Positions 35,806-44,899 of a stretch of 64,000 nucleotides of DNA are shown here, piece by piece (the first letter of the stretch is position 1; each line of letters begins with the position of its first letter). Both the position numbers and the translations under genes were made by a program. The notes under the pieces were generated by a model that saw only the letters and a list, made by a program, of their open reading frames with translations, did not search any database and had not been told where the DNA came from. Source of the stretch: Candidatus Aldehydirespirator sp. (lineage in GTDB: Bacteria; Actinomycetota; Acidimicrobiia; Acidimicrobiales; Aldehydirespiratoraceae); assembly GCA_965261105.1 (NCBI GenBank), contig CBDHCM010000006.1, positions 1,540,405 to 1,604,404 of the forward strand. Reading direction: 5' to 3'.

Positions 35806-38800
35806 TCAGACCCCGGCGATGGCCTCGGCGCCGAGCAGCTCGCGCAGCTCGGCCGGCAGACCGTTGGCGGTGTCCACCGCGAAGTCCTCGGCCAGGCGCG
35901 CCACCCGGCGCTCGCCCAGCAGCAGCTCGACCGGCGAGCCGCCGGGATGGGCCCTCAGCAGCGACTTGAGCTCGTCCAGCAGCCGGTCGGTCTGGTGCTC
36001 GAGGCCGAGGTTGACCCGCAGCGGCGCGTCCGGCTCGGTGCTGGTGACGGGATGCACCTCGTTGGCGAAGAACCTCAGGGCGTCCTCCCTGGAGTCGAGC
36101 CGCCCTCGCACTACGACCACGGCGTCGTCGGCCAGCTTCGGGCCGTGTTCGGCCATCGCTCTCGGGAACACCAGCACCTCGATTCTGTGTTCGAGGTCCT
36201 CCAGCGCGAAGGTCGCCATCAGCTCGCCCTTGCGGGTCCAGCGCCGCTGCAGGCCGGTGACCACTCCTCCGACCGACCAGAAGCCGGGGTCGTCTCTGCG
36301 CCCCGCCCCAGCCGCGAGGTCGCTGATCGTGCAGTCGGCCAGGCGGCGCACCCGGGCCTCCATCCCCTGAAGCGGGTGGTCGGAGATGTAGAGGCCGAGC
36401 ATCTCCTTCTCGTGGGCCAGCTTCTGCATGCGCTCGTACTCGATGTCGGGCACATCGGGCCTGTCGTCGAAGGACGGGCCGGCGCTCTGCTCGCCGAACA
36501 GCGACATAACGCCGGCCTCGTGCTCGCGCCGCTTGCGCACCGTCATGTCGATGATGGACTCGTGCACCTGCAGAAGGCCCTTGCGCGGGTGGCCCAGCGA
36601 GTCGAAGGCCCCCGCCTTGATCAGCGACTCGACCGTGCGCTTGTTCAGCGCTTCGATGTGCACACGCTCCACGAAGGCGACGAACGAGGAGTACGGCCCG
36701 TTCGCGTCGCGCTCCGCGATCACCCGCTCGACGGCGCCCTCCCCCACGTTGCGCACCGCGGAGAGGCCGTACACGATGCGTCCCGGGCCCGCCTCGCCGT
36801 CGGAGGGGACCGGCGTGAAGTCCGACGCGGACCGGTTGACGTCGGGGACCTGCACCTCGATGCCTTGCAGGCGGCACTCGTTGAGGTAGACCGAGGCGTT
36901 CTCCAGCTTGCCCTTGACGCTGGTGAGCAGGGCGGCCAGGTACTCCACCGGGTAGTTGGCCTTCAGGTAGGCGGTCTGGTAGGCGACCAGGCCGTAGCCG
37001 TAGCTGTGGCTCTTGTTGAAGGCGTAGTCGGCGAACTGCTCGATGATCTTGAACAGTTGGGCGCCGAGGCCCTCCTCGTAGCCGCGGGCGGCCACGCCCG
37101 CCACGAACTTCTCCTCCTCGGCTGCCATGGCGGAGCGGATCTTCTTGCCCATGGCCTTGCGCAGCGAGTCGGCCTCGGCCAGGGAGTATCCCGCGAAGCG
37201 CTGCGCCACCCGCATCACGCTCTCCTGGTAGATCATCAGCCCGTAGGTGTCGGCCAGGATGTCGGAAGCGTCGTCGTGGAAGTACTCGACCCGGCGCCGG
37301 CCGTTCTTGCGGTCGGCGTAGTCGTGGTGCATGTTGGCCGCCATCGGACCGGGCCGGTAGAGCGCCACCAGCGCGCAGATGTCGTCGAAGGCGGTGGGCG
37401 CCAGGGAGCGGACCAACGAGCGCACCTGGGGGTTCTCAAGCTGGAACACCCCGATGGTGTCGCCCTCCCGCAGCATCTTGAAGGTGGCGTCGTCGTCCAG
37501 CGGGATGGAGTCGATGTCGACGACGACCCCGCGGGTGCGCTCGACCAGTTCGACGGTGTCGGTTATCACGTCGAGGTTGCGCAGGCCCAAGAAGTCCATC
37601 TTCAGCAGGCCGAGATCCTCCACGCCGTGCATCTCGTACTGGGTGACGATGGGTGCCTCCGACGCGTCCCGGCCCGGCTCCGGCTTGCGCTGTATGGGCA
37701 TGTACTCGGTCAACGGCTCGGGCGTGATGACCACGGCGGCGGCGTGGATGCCGTCCTGGCGCCGCATGCCCTCGATGCCCTTGGCCACGTCTACCACCTT
37801 GGCCACGTCGGCTTCGGTGTCGTACATCTGGCGCAACTCGGCCGCGGCCACATAGCCGTCTCGGTGGCTCTGCGATTCCTCGAAGCAGTACCGCAGCGGG
37901 GTGTCTCGGCCCAGGATCAGCGGAGGCATGGCCTTGGCGATCTTGTCGCCCAGTGAGTGGGGGTAGCCCAGCACGCGGGCTGCGTCGCGCACCGCGGCAC
38001 GGGCCTTGATCCGTCCGAAGGTGATGATCTGGGCCACGTGGTCGCGCCCGTAGCGCTGGGCTGCGTAGTTGATCATCTCGTCGCGGTGGCGCGAGTCGAA
38101 GTCCATGTCGATGTCGGGCATCGACACCCGCGACGGGTTGAGGAACCGCTCGAACAGCAGGTCGTAGCGGATCGGGTCGAGGTCGGTGATGCGCAGGCTG
38201 AAGGCCACCGCGCAGCCCGCGGCCGAGCCGCGGCCCGGCCCCACCCGGATGCCCCTGCGCCGGGCGTGGGCGATCAGGTCCCAGGTGATGAGGAAGTAGG
38301 AGGCGAACCCCATGCTGTTGATGACCTCGAGCTCGTAGGCCAGCCTCTCGGCCACGTTGCCGGGAAGGGGGTCGCCCCAGCGCCGGCGCGCGCCGGAGTA
38401 TGTGAGGTGCTGAAGGTAGGCGCGGTCGCTGTCGAAGCCGTCGGGGACTTCGAAGTGCGGGAGGCGGGGCGTGCCGAACTCGATGTTCACGTCGGCGCGC
38501 TCCGCGATCAACAGCGTGTTGTCGCAGGACTCGGGGAGCTCGGCGAACAGGCTGCGCATCTCCGCCGCGGTCTTCATGTAGTGCTCGTCGCCGTGGAACT
38601 TGAGGCGGTCGGTGTCCTCCAGCAGCGACCCGGTCTGCACGCACAGCAGCGCGTCGTGGGCCGCGGCGTCGGCGCGGTGCGTGTAGTGGCTGTCGTTGGT
38701 GGCCAGCAGCGGGGCGTCGAGCTTGCGAGCGATCTCCAGCAGTTTGGGGTTGATCCTGTGCTGCTCCGGTATGCCGTGGTCCTGCAGCTCGATGAAGAAG

Positions 38801-39351
38801 CTGTCGCGGCCGAAAATGTCCTGGAAGCGGGCCGCCTTGTCGAGGGCTTCGGCGGTGTTGTCCCGCAGCAGGGCCTGGGGCACCTGGCCGCCGAGGCAGC
38901 CGGTGGTGGCGATCAGGCCCGAGCTGTGGTCGTTGAGTGTCTCCCAGTCGCAGCGGGGCTTGTAGTAATAGCCCTCCATGAAGGCCCGGCTGGCCAGCTT
39001 GATGAGGTTCTTGTAGCCGGTGTCGTCGGTGGCCAGCAGCGTCAGGTGGTAGTAGAGCTTGCCGCCGCCCTCGATGTCGCCGCCGGAGTCGTCGACACGC
39101 CCCCGCCGCGGCGGCCTCTCGTGCCGGGAGTCCCGAGCCATGTAGGCCTCTATGCCGATGACCGGCTTGATGTCGTGGTCCTTGCACTTGCGGTAGAAGT
39201 CCAGGACCCCGTACATGTTGCCGTGGTCGGTTATGCCCAGCGCGGGCTGGCGGTCGGCGGCCGCGGCCGAGACGAGGTCGTCGAGCCGGGAGGCGCCGTC
39301 CAGTATCGAGTACTCGGTGTGGGTATGGAGGTGGACGAAGGAGTCAGCCAC
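35806..39351 (-). CDS. dnaE: DNA polymerase III alpha subunit
   Basis: From GTG 39351, preceded by AGGAGG: VADSFVHLHTHTEYSILDGASRLDDLV (PHP domain), followed by the full-length pol IIIa body. Confidence 0.95.
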   Translation of the reverse strand: MADSFVHLHTHTEYSILDGASRLDDLVSAAAADRQPALGITDHGNMYGVLDFYRKCKDHDIKPVIGIEAYMARDSRHERPPRRGRVDDSGGDIEGGGKLYYHLTLLATDDTGYKNLIKLASRAFMEGYYYKPRCDWETLNDHSSGLIATTGCLGGQVPQALLRDNTAEALDKAARFQDIFGRDSFFIELQDHGIPEQHRINPKLLEIARKLDAPLLATNDSHYTHRADAAAHDALLCVQTGSLLEDTDRLKFHGDEHYMKTAAEMRSLFAELPESCDNTLLIAERADVNIEFGTPRLPHFEVPDGFDSDRAYLQHLTYSGARRRWGDPLPGNVAERLAYELEVINSMGFASYFLITWDLIAHARRRGIRVGPGRGSAAGCAVAFSLRITDLDPIRYDLLFERFLNPSRVSMPDIDMDFDSRHRDEMINYAAQRYGRDHVAQIITFGRIKARAAVRDAARVLGYPHSLGDKIAKAMPPLILGRDTPLRYCFEESQSHRDGYVAAAELRQMYDTEADVAKVVDVAKGIEGMRRQDGIHAAAVVITPEPLTEYMPIQRKPEPGRDASEAPIVTQYEMHGVEDLGLLKMDFLGLRNLDVITDTVELVERTRGVVVDIDSIPLDDDATFKMLREGDTIGVFQLENPQVRSLVRSLAPTAFDDICALVALYRPGPMAANMHHDYADRKNGRRRVEYFHDDASDILADTYGLMIYQESVMRVAQRFAGYSLAEADSLRKAMGKKIRSAMAAEEEKFVAGVAARGYEEGLGAQLFKIIEQFADYAFNKSHSYGYGLVAYQTAYLKANYPVEYLAALLTSVKGKLENASVYLNECRLQGIEVQVPDVNRSASDFTPVPSDGEAGPGRIVYGLSAVRNVGEGAVERVIAERDANGPYSSFVAFVERVHIEALNKRTVESLIKAGAFDSLGHPRKGLLQVHESIIDMTVRKRREHEAGVMSLFGEQSAGPSFDDRPDVPDIEYERMQKLAHEKEMLGLYISDHPLQGMEARVRRLADCTISDLAAGAGRRDDPGFWSVGGVVTGLQRRWTRKGELMATFALEDLEHRIEVLVFPRAMAEHGPKLADDAVVVVRGRLDSREDALRFFANEVHPVTSTEPDAPLRVNLGLEHQTDRLLDELKSLLRAHPGGSPVELLLGERRVARLAEDFAVDTANGLPAELRELLGAEAIAGV

Positions 39352-39501
39352 CGAGCCTCCTGTGGACGGGCTGGATGAGGTGTGGAACACCCTGGGGACA
39401 AAGCACAGCAGTGTGATTCGCACCCTAGCCGGGCGTGATGCACGGCGCGCAAGCATCGATTTCCAGGGCGCCCGCAGGCGACGTCGAAGGCGGTCTGCGG
39501 C

Positions 39502-40029
39502 CTACAGGTATGTGCCTGGGAGGGTCCCGGCGGCGGCCGGCGCGGCGCTCTGGCGGTACGGGTCGGCGCCCGGCGGCAGCTCGCCCCGCATGGACTGCAG
39601 CTGCTGGTGGGCGGTCATCTGCTGGGCCAGCAGCATGGCCTTCATGCCCTGGATAAGGCCCTCGAGCCAGCCCACCAGCTGAGCTTTGGCGATCTGGAGC
39701 TCGATCGCGGAGGGGGCCTCGGGCTGGTCGAAGGGCGAGGCGAGCCGGGCCAGCTCCTCGCGCAGGTCCTGCGACAGCGCCGAGCCGACCTCCCGCACCG
39801 ACGTCTCGTAGATATCGCGCAGCCGCTGCCGGCTGGCCTCGTCGAGGTCGGTCGAGCGGACCTCGCCCAGCAACTGCTTGAGCATCGTGCCGATGCGCAT
39901 GATCTTGGCCGGATGGTCGATGGTCTCGTTGATCTCGTCGTCGTCCTCGCCACCGGCAACGTCGATCACCTCCGGTGCCAGCGCCTCGAACTCGTCGTCG
40001 CGCCTCTCGCTGCTGCGGTCGGAGTCCAC
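39502..40029 (-). CDS. bpa: Bacterial proteasome activator (Bpa/PafE family)
   Basis: HPAKIMRIGTMLKQLLGEVR...LDEASRQRLRDIYETS...AKAQLVGWLEGL, with a C-terminal ...GTYL that resembles mycobacterial Bpa ending GQYL. An alternative GTG start is at 40065. Confidence 0.8.
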   Translation of the reverse strand: MDSDRSSERRDDEFEALAPEVIDVAGGEDDDEINETIDHPAKIMRIGTMLKQLLGEVRSTDLDEASRQRLRDIYETSVREVGSALSQDLREELARLASPFDQPEAPSAIELQIAKAQLVGWLEGLIQGMKAMLLAQQMTAHQQLQSMRGELPPGADPYRQSAAPAAAGTLPGTYL

Positions 40030-40088
40030 GGGTCCAACCCTAGAGGCAGCGCGGATGGGTGTCACCGCCTCGCGGCGATGGATCTTGT

Positions 40089-41213
40089 CTACGACACGTG
40101 GACGAGGAGCGGCACCAGCATCTCGGCCGACGTGAGCGAGCCGTGCCGGCCGATGAGCTTGGAGCCGCCGTCGTCGGGATGGGCGAAGGCCCAGCCGTCC
40201 CGGGCCACCAGGGCCACGTCGCCCAACCGGGACCGGGCCGCGTCGGTGACGACCGGTCCCAGCCAGCCGCCGTCGACTATTTCGGAGGCGGTGTGGACCC
40301 ACGCCTGCTCTCCGTGGGCGCCGGCTGCGGCCTCGTAGAGGTCGCGGTCCCGGCCTGGCCGGGCGTGCAGCCAGCGGAAGCGGGCCTCGCCCGACTCTGC
40401 CTGCGCGCAGTCGAGCACCGAGCGGTCGATCCTGACCAGACCCTCGGAGCAGTCCACCAGACCGTGGTCGGATATGGCCACCACCGCGACTCCCCGGGGG
40501 AGGACGGTGAGCAGGTCGGCCATCAGCCGGTCGCAGGCCCGCAGCTCGGCGTCGTAGTGCTCCCCGAAGCCGTGCTCGTGGGCCACGACGTCGAGGCCCT
40601 CGTAGTAGGCGTAGACGAAGGACTCCCCCGCGGCCAGCAGGCGCCGCACCTCCACCGCAAGGCTCGACAGCATCTTGTAGCCGAAGCGGCGGGCGTCGCG
40701 CAGGTAGGCGCGGCTGAACCCCGACTTGCGGTACTCGGCCTTCTGGAGCGCAGGAGGGCGCTGCCCGCCGAATGACGGGATCGGCTGGAACCGCTCGGGC
40801 GGATGGCGGTCGAGTCCGTCGCCCTGGGACGTCCTCCACTTCAAGACGTTGAGATTGCCGTCGCAGGTTCGGATCCGGTAACCCACGACGCCGTGCTCGC
40901 CGACCCCGACGCCGGTGGCTATGGAGGTGAGCGCGGCTGCCGTGGTGCTCGGCGCGACGGTGGTGATGGTGGCGGCGTGCATCTCGTTGAGCGTGGGCGC
41001 GACGCGCCGCCGGGCTGCGAGCTGCTCGGCACCCAGCCCGTCGAGGACCAGCACCACCACGGCCCGAGCGTCGAGCACTTCGGCAGGCAGTGGGCTCGCG
41101 GCCGCGCTCCGGCCGGGTTCCAGGATCGCGGGCACGATGTCGGCCACGCACCCGCCGCCGTATGCGGGCAGGACCGGCTCTCGGAGCGCGGGGATCGGTT
41201 CCGGGCGAGCCAC
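40089..41213 (-). CDS. Alkaline phosphatase superfamily protein (nucleotide pyrophosphatase/phosphodiesterase type)
   Basis: VVLVLDGLGAEQL, APSTTAAALTSIATG and VVAISDHG motifs. The start is uncertain; GTG 41213 was chosen to avoid overlapping the divergent Rrf2 gene. Confidence 0.65.
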   Translation of the reverse strand: MARPEPIPALREPVLPAYGGGCVADIVPAILEPGRSAAASPLPAEVLDARAVVVLVLDGLGAEQLAARRRVAPTLNEMHAATITTVAPSTTAAALTSIATGVGVGEHGVVGYRIRTCDGNLNVLKWRTSQGDGLDRHPPERFQPIPSFGGQRPPALQKAEYRKSGFSRAYLRDARRFGYKMLSSLAVEVRRLLAAGESFVYAYYEGLDVVAHEHGFGEHYDAELRACDRLMADLLTVLPRGVAVVAISDHGLVDCSEGLVRIDRSVLDCAQAESGEARFRWLHARPGRDRDLYEAAAGAHGEQAWVHTASEIVDGGWLGPVVTDAARSRLGDVALVARDGWAFAHPDDGGSKLIGRHGSLTSAEMLVPLLVHVS

Positions 41214-41226
41214 GGCATCTAGGATG

Positions 41227-41320
41227 CCACCATGAGGGCGTCGACACGCGGGGACTGCGCCGCGCCGTCCGTCGCCGCGGCTCGACCATGAGGGTGTCCA
41301 CACGCGGCGACTATGCGTCC
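41227..41320 (+). repeat. 56-bp-offset duplication of the Rrf2 gene start; the upstream copy is a 19-codon mini-ORF ending in ATGA at the real start
   Basis: CCACCATGAGGGCGTCGACACGCGGGGACTGCGC and CGACCATGAGGGTGTCCACACGCGGCGACTATGC match at 28 of 34 positions by eye. The mini-ORF 41232-41291 reads MRASTRGDCAAPSVAAARP-TGA. The TGA overlaps ATG 41288. Confidence 0.8.
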
Positions 41321-41737
41321 CGCGCCCTGCTGTCCTTGGCGTTGCACAGCGAGAACACCCCGACCTCGGTGCGGGAGATCGCCGAGCGCACCGCGCTCCC
41401 CCAGCCGTACCTGGAGCAGATACTGCTGGCCCTCAAGGGAGCCGGGCTGGTGCGCTCGAAGCGGGGCGTGGGCGGCGGGTATGTGCTGGCCCGCGACCCC
41501 TCCGACATCAAGCTGTCGGACATCGTGCGGGCGGTGGACGGGCCCATCTCCGCCGGCGACTTCGGGGAGCCGCACACCGACGGAGCCTGCGACCACGAGG
41601 GTCAGTGCGTGCTGCTGGCGATCTGGTCGGCCTCGGGCTCGCACATGCGGCGCTTCCTCGACTCTTTCAGCCTGTCTCAGATAACGACCATGGCCCAGGG
41701 CGAGTCCCCCTGGCCGGTGGACGAGGAGTCCATCTAG
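41288..41737 (+). CDS. Rrf2-family transcriptional regulator
   Basis: MRVSTRGDYASRALLSLALHSENTPTSVREIAERTALPQPYLEQILLALKGAGLVRSKRGVGGGYVLAR. Confidence 0.9.
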   Translation: MRVSTRGDYASRALLSLALHSENTPTSVREIAERTALPQPYLEQILLALKGAGLVRSKRGVGGGYVLARDPSDIKLSDIVRAVDGPISAGDFGEPHTDGACDHEGQCVLLAIWSASGSHMRRFLDSFSLSQITTMAQGESPWPVDEESI

Positions 41738-41826
41738 CGCCACGCGAGAACTGGGCCTGCACGGCTCGAAGGCGTGTCAGGCCCAGCTTCGCTTGGGGGC
41801 GATCTGATGGAGGGGCGTGTGGCCGG

Positions 41827-42903
41827 TCAGCCGCGAGCCGTCGCCAGCCAGCCGTCCGCGATGTCCCGGTTGGCCTCTATCCAGGCTGCGGCGTCGGCCC
41901 GGATCTCCGCGTCGGAGTAACCGAGATCAGCGTTGGCCATCTTGGCGTTCTGGGTCGCGATGTCCGACAGCGGTATGGACACGACTTCCAGCAGGCGGCG
42001 GATGTCGGGGTTGTCGTCGAGGAAGTCCTCGTTGCCGACGGCGCGGATGCTGCTGACCGCCCAGCCCAGGTTGCACGGGTTCGACGCGCAGCCCCTCAGG
42101 CCCTGCACCTCCGTTGAGGCCTCCTCGTCCTCGAGGGCGGGCGACTCTAGCCATACCACATCGGTTCCGGGGGTGAGGACCTCGTAGGTCCAGTTGGGCG
42201 TCCATGCGTAGAACAGCGCCGGCTCGCCCGCGGCCACGCGGTCGCGCACCGCGCGGACCAGGTCGTTGTAGTCGCCGGAGACCTGCTCGACGTTCTCGCC
42301 CCAATCGAGCTCCGCGATGTGGGAGTCGATGACGCCGTTGCAGCCCCATCCCTCGTTGCACCCGATCAGGTTGGCCAGACCGTCGCCGTCGGAGTCGAAC
42401 ACCCGGGCTACCGAGGCGTCGGCCAAATCGCTCATCGAAGTAATGCCGTTGGCGTCGGCGGTGGCCTTGTCGATCATGTAGCCCTGCAGGGCTCCGGAGC
42501 GCACCTGGAATCCGACCGGCTCTATGGGCAGGTCGGTGGACTGGCCGGTGACCAGTTCGCCCTCCAGGTAGATGTCGTGGAGGGGGAACCAGCCGTTGAC
42601 CCAGAGGTCGAACTGGCCGGTGGCCAGCGCGGGATAGAACCCGTTGGGATCGCGGGTGTTCTCGGCCGGGTCGCTGACCTGGTGCCCGAGCTCTCCTATG
42701 AGTTGGGCGTAGATGGCGGCCTGCATGTAGCCGCTGTCCCAGTTGGCCCGGGCCATCGTCACCTCGCCGTCGTCGGCGTCGGCCGCGCAGGCCGAGAGCA
42801 CCAGCGCCAATGCGGCCAACACGGCGGTCAGGATCGTGGTGGTCCTGCCGGTGATGCTGCGATTCGTCATTTCAGGCCTCCTCGTGTCGCGTGTCCTGTT
42901 CAT
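41827..42903 (-). CDS. ProX/OpuAC-type glycine betaine (compatible solute) binding lipoprotein
   Basis: Lipobox LALVLSAC, ARANWDSGYMQAAIYAQL, DLWVNGWFPLHD, GALQGYMID and YAWTPNWT. Its ATG overlaps the BCCT stop (ATGA at 42900-42903). Confidence 0.8.
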   Translation of the reverse strand: MNRTRDTRRPEMTNRSITGRTTTILTAVLAALALVLSACAADADDGEVTMARANWDSGYMQAAIYAQLIGELGHQVSDPAENTRDPNGFYPALATGQFDLWVNGWFPLHDIYLEGELVTGQSTDLPIEPVGFQVRSGALQGYMIDKATADANGITSMSDLADASVARVFDSDGDGLANLIGCNEGWGCNGVIDSHIAELDWGENVEQVSGDYNDLVRAVRDRVAAGEPALFYAWTPNWTYEVLTPGTDVVWLESPALEDEEASTEVQGLRGCASNPCNLGWAVSSIRAVGNEDFLDDNPDIRRLLEVVSIPLSDIATQNAKMANADLGYSDAEIRADAAAWIEANRDIADGWLATARG

Positions 42904-44726
42904 TTCTTGGCGCCTGCCTCGAGCCTGGACTTGACCGTTTCGATCAGGCCGCTGTGCTGGGTGCGGAAGATTGCCTCGTCGTAGTGGCTCTCCAGGAGGT
43001 CCAGCTCCTCATTGAAGGCCTTCCTGAGGCTCCAGCACATGACCAGCAGGATCAGCGCGAAGGGAAGCCCGGTGGACACCGCCGCGGTCTGTAGCGCCGA
43101 CAGTCCCCCACCGAGCAGCAGGACTATGGCCACGCCGCCCTCCATCATTGCCCAGAACACTCGCTGGGGCTTCGGAGAGTCCAGCTTGCCGCCCGAGGTG
43201 AGGTGGTCCACCACCAGCGACCCGGAGTCCGAGGATGTCACGAAGAACGAGACGAGCAGCAGCACGCCGACCAGCGACACGATGCTGGTGAGCGGGAAGG
43301 CCTCCAGCATGTCGAACAATGCGGTGGCGACGTTGTCGTTGACCGCGGTGGCCACGTCGCGCTCGCCGCTGAGCTGCAGGTCGATGGCCGCGCCGCCGAA
43401 GACGGAGAACCAGGCGAAGCACAGCAACGACGGCAGGAACATGACGCCGGTGAGCAACTCCCGCACGGAGCGGCCCTTCGAGATGCGGGCCACGAACATC
43501 CCCACGAACGGCGACCACGAGATCCACCATCCCCAATAGAAGATGGTCCAGCCGGCCTGCCAGTTGGTGCCGGTGAATGCCTCGTTCCAGAACCCGAACT
43601 CGGGCAGGATCTGGACGTAGTAGCCGACGCTCTGGGTGAACAGCGACAGCATGAACAGCGTCGGGCCGACCAGTGCCACGAACAGCAGGAAGCCGCCTGC
43701 CAGGTAGATGTTGATCTGGCTCAGCCGTTTCACTCCGGCGTCGAGCCCTGCGACCACCGAGATGGTGGCCAGGCCTGTGATGGCGATGATCAGCACGATC
43801 TGGAAGCCGGTGCCGGAGGGCAGGCCGTAGAGCTTGTTGAGCCCGGCCGCGGCCTGCTGCGCCCCCAGGCCCAGCGAGGTCGCCAGACCGAACAGGGTGG
43901 CTACGACGGTCAGGGTGTCGATGGCGTTGCCCCAGTGCCCGTAGATCCTCGGCCCGAGTATCGGATAGAAGATCGAACGGAACGTGAGCGGAAGGCCCCG
44001 GTTGTAGGCGAAGAAGCCCAAGGCGAGCGCTACCAGTCCGTACAGCGCCCAGGCGTGAATGCCCCAGTGCAGGAAGGTGGTGCCCACCGCGGCCTTGGCG
44101 GCCTCTCCCGTGCCGGGCTCAGCGCCGAACAGCGGGGGCGGCGACGCCAGGTGGTAGATCGGCTCGGCCACGCCCCAGAACATCAACCCGATGCCGATGC
44201 CCGCCGATATCAGCATCGCGTACCAGGCGCCGGTGGAGAACTCCGGACGGGCGCGCGGGCCGCCGAGACGTATCTTCCCGTACCGGCTGAAGGCGAAGTA
44301 CAGCGCCACGAACAGGAAGATGTTGAAGTCGATGATGTACAGCCACCCGAGCTTCTCGTTGATGAACCCCAGCACCTCGCTGAAGATGGTGCTGGCCGAG
44401 TCCTGGAAGATCAGGGTGAAGCCGATGAACACCGCCATGAATCCGGCCGACGAGAACGTCACCGTCGGGTGGATGTCGAAGCCCCACCTCACGATGTTCT
44501 TGTCGCCGGGCTCCCGGTTGGCCACCTCCGGGTAGAAGTCGATGTCGGGATCGATCTGGAGTCCTTCGAAGGGCCTGCGGTCGCTGATCGCCTCCTCTCG
44601 ATGCCGCGCCTCCTCGGCCTCCCAGTCCTGGAGGGCCCGGGTGGCCTCGGTGAGATCTATGTCGGTGTCATCGGGGCTTTGATGGATCCGAGGATCCCGC
44701 TCCGCCCCGGTGTCTTCGGCGTCCAT
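42900..44726 (-). CDS. BCCT-family betaine/carnitine/choline transporter
   Basis: From ATG 44726. It has the 12-TM body with AWYAMLISAGIGIGLMFWGVAEP and WTIFYWGWWISWSPFVGMFVARISKGRS (the BCCT signature). Confidence 0.9.
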   Translation of the reverse strand: MDAEDTGAERDPRIHQSPDDTDIDLTEATRALQDWEAEEARHREEAISDRRPFEGLQIDPDIDFYPEVANREPGDKNIVRWGFDIHPTVTFSSAGFMAVFIGFTLIFQDSASTIFSEVLGFINEKLGWLYIIDFNIFLFVALYFAFSRYGKIRLGGPRARPEFSTGAWYAMLISAGIGIGLMFWGVAEPIYHLASPPPLFGAEPGTGEAAKAAVGTTFLHWGIHAWALYGLVALALGFFAYNRGLPLTFRSIFYPILGPRIYGHWGNAIDTLTVVATLFGLATSLGLGAQQAAAGLNKLYGLPSGTGFQIVLIIAITGLATISVVAGLDAGVKRLSQINIYLAGGFLLFVALVGPTLFMLSLFTQSVGYYVQILPEFGFWNEAFTGTNWQAGWTIFYWGWWISWSPFVGMFVARISKGRSVRELLTGVMFLPSLLCFAWFSVFGGAAIDLQLSGERDVATAVNDNVATALFDMLEAFPLTSIVSLVGVLLLVSFFVTSSDSGSLVVDHLTSGGKLDSPKPQRVFWAMMEGGVAIVLLLGGGLSALQTAAVSTGLPFALILLVMCWSLRKAFNEELDLLESHYDEAIFRTQHSGLIETVKSRLEAGAKK

Positions 44727-44732
44727 TGCAGT

Positions 44733-44849
44733 CCCTCCGGGTCGACTCTCCTGAACCTGGATGCACACCCGGAAACCGGCATAACACCAGGACATCGTTG
44801 AATCTAGCACGGCCACGTATCCCGTGCAGGAGGAGTCGACCTCGGGAGG
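44733..44849. promoter_or_regulatory. Inverted pair of a ~22-nt motif in the BCCT/channel divergent intergenic region
   Basis: Read in the direction of each gene: CAGGAGAGTCGACCCGGAGGG (BCCT leader, plus-strand 44733-44753) and CAGGAGGAGTCGACCTCGGGAGG (channel leader, 44827-44849). Confidence 0.4.
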
Positions 44850-44899
44850 CCGGACGGTCATCCGGCTACTCTTGGCCCACGTCTATCCGGGTGCCGCCA

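Noticed and set aside
39502-41301. The 599-aa track ORF fusing bpa with the upstream region.
   Set aside because: Upstream of about 40065 the translation is Arg/Pro/Gly junk that overlaps the well-supported phosphodiesterase frame (40089..41213). Only the C-terminal ~175-187 aa match Bpa.
44726-44899. The upstream extension of the channel ORF (track start 44726).
   Set aside because: The extension is Arg/Pro-rich and overlaps the divergent promoter region. A textbook signal peptide begins at ATG 44900.
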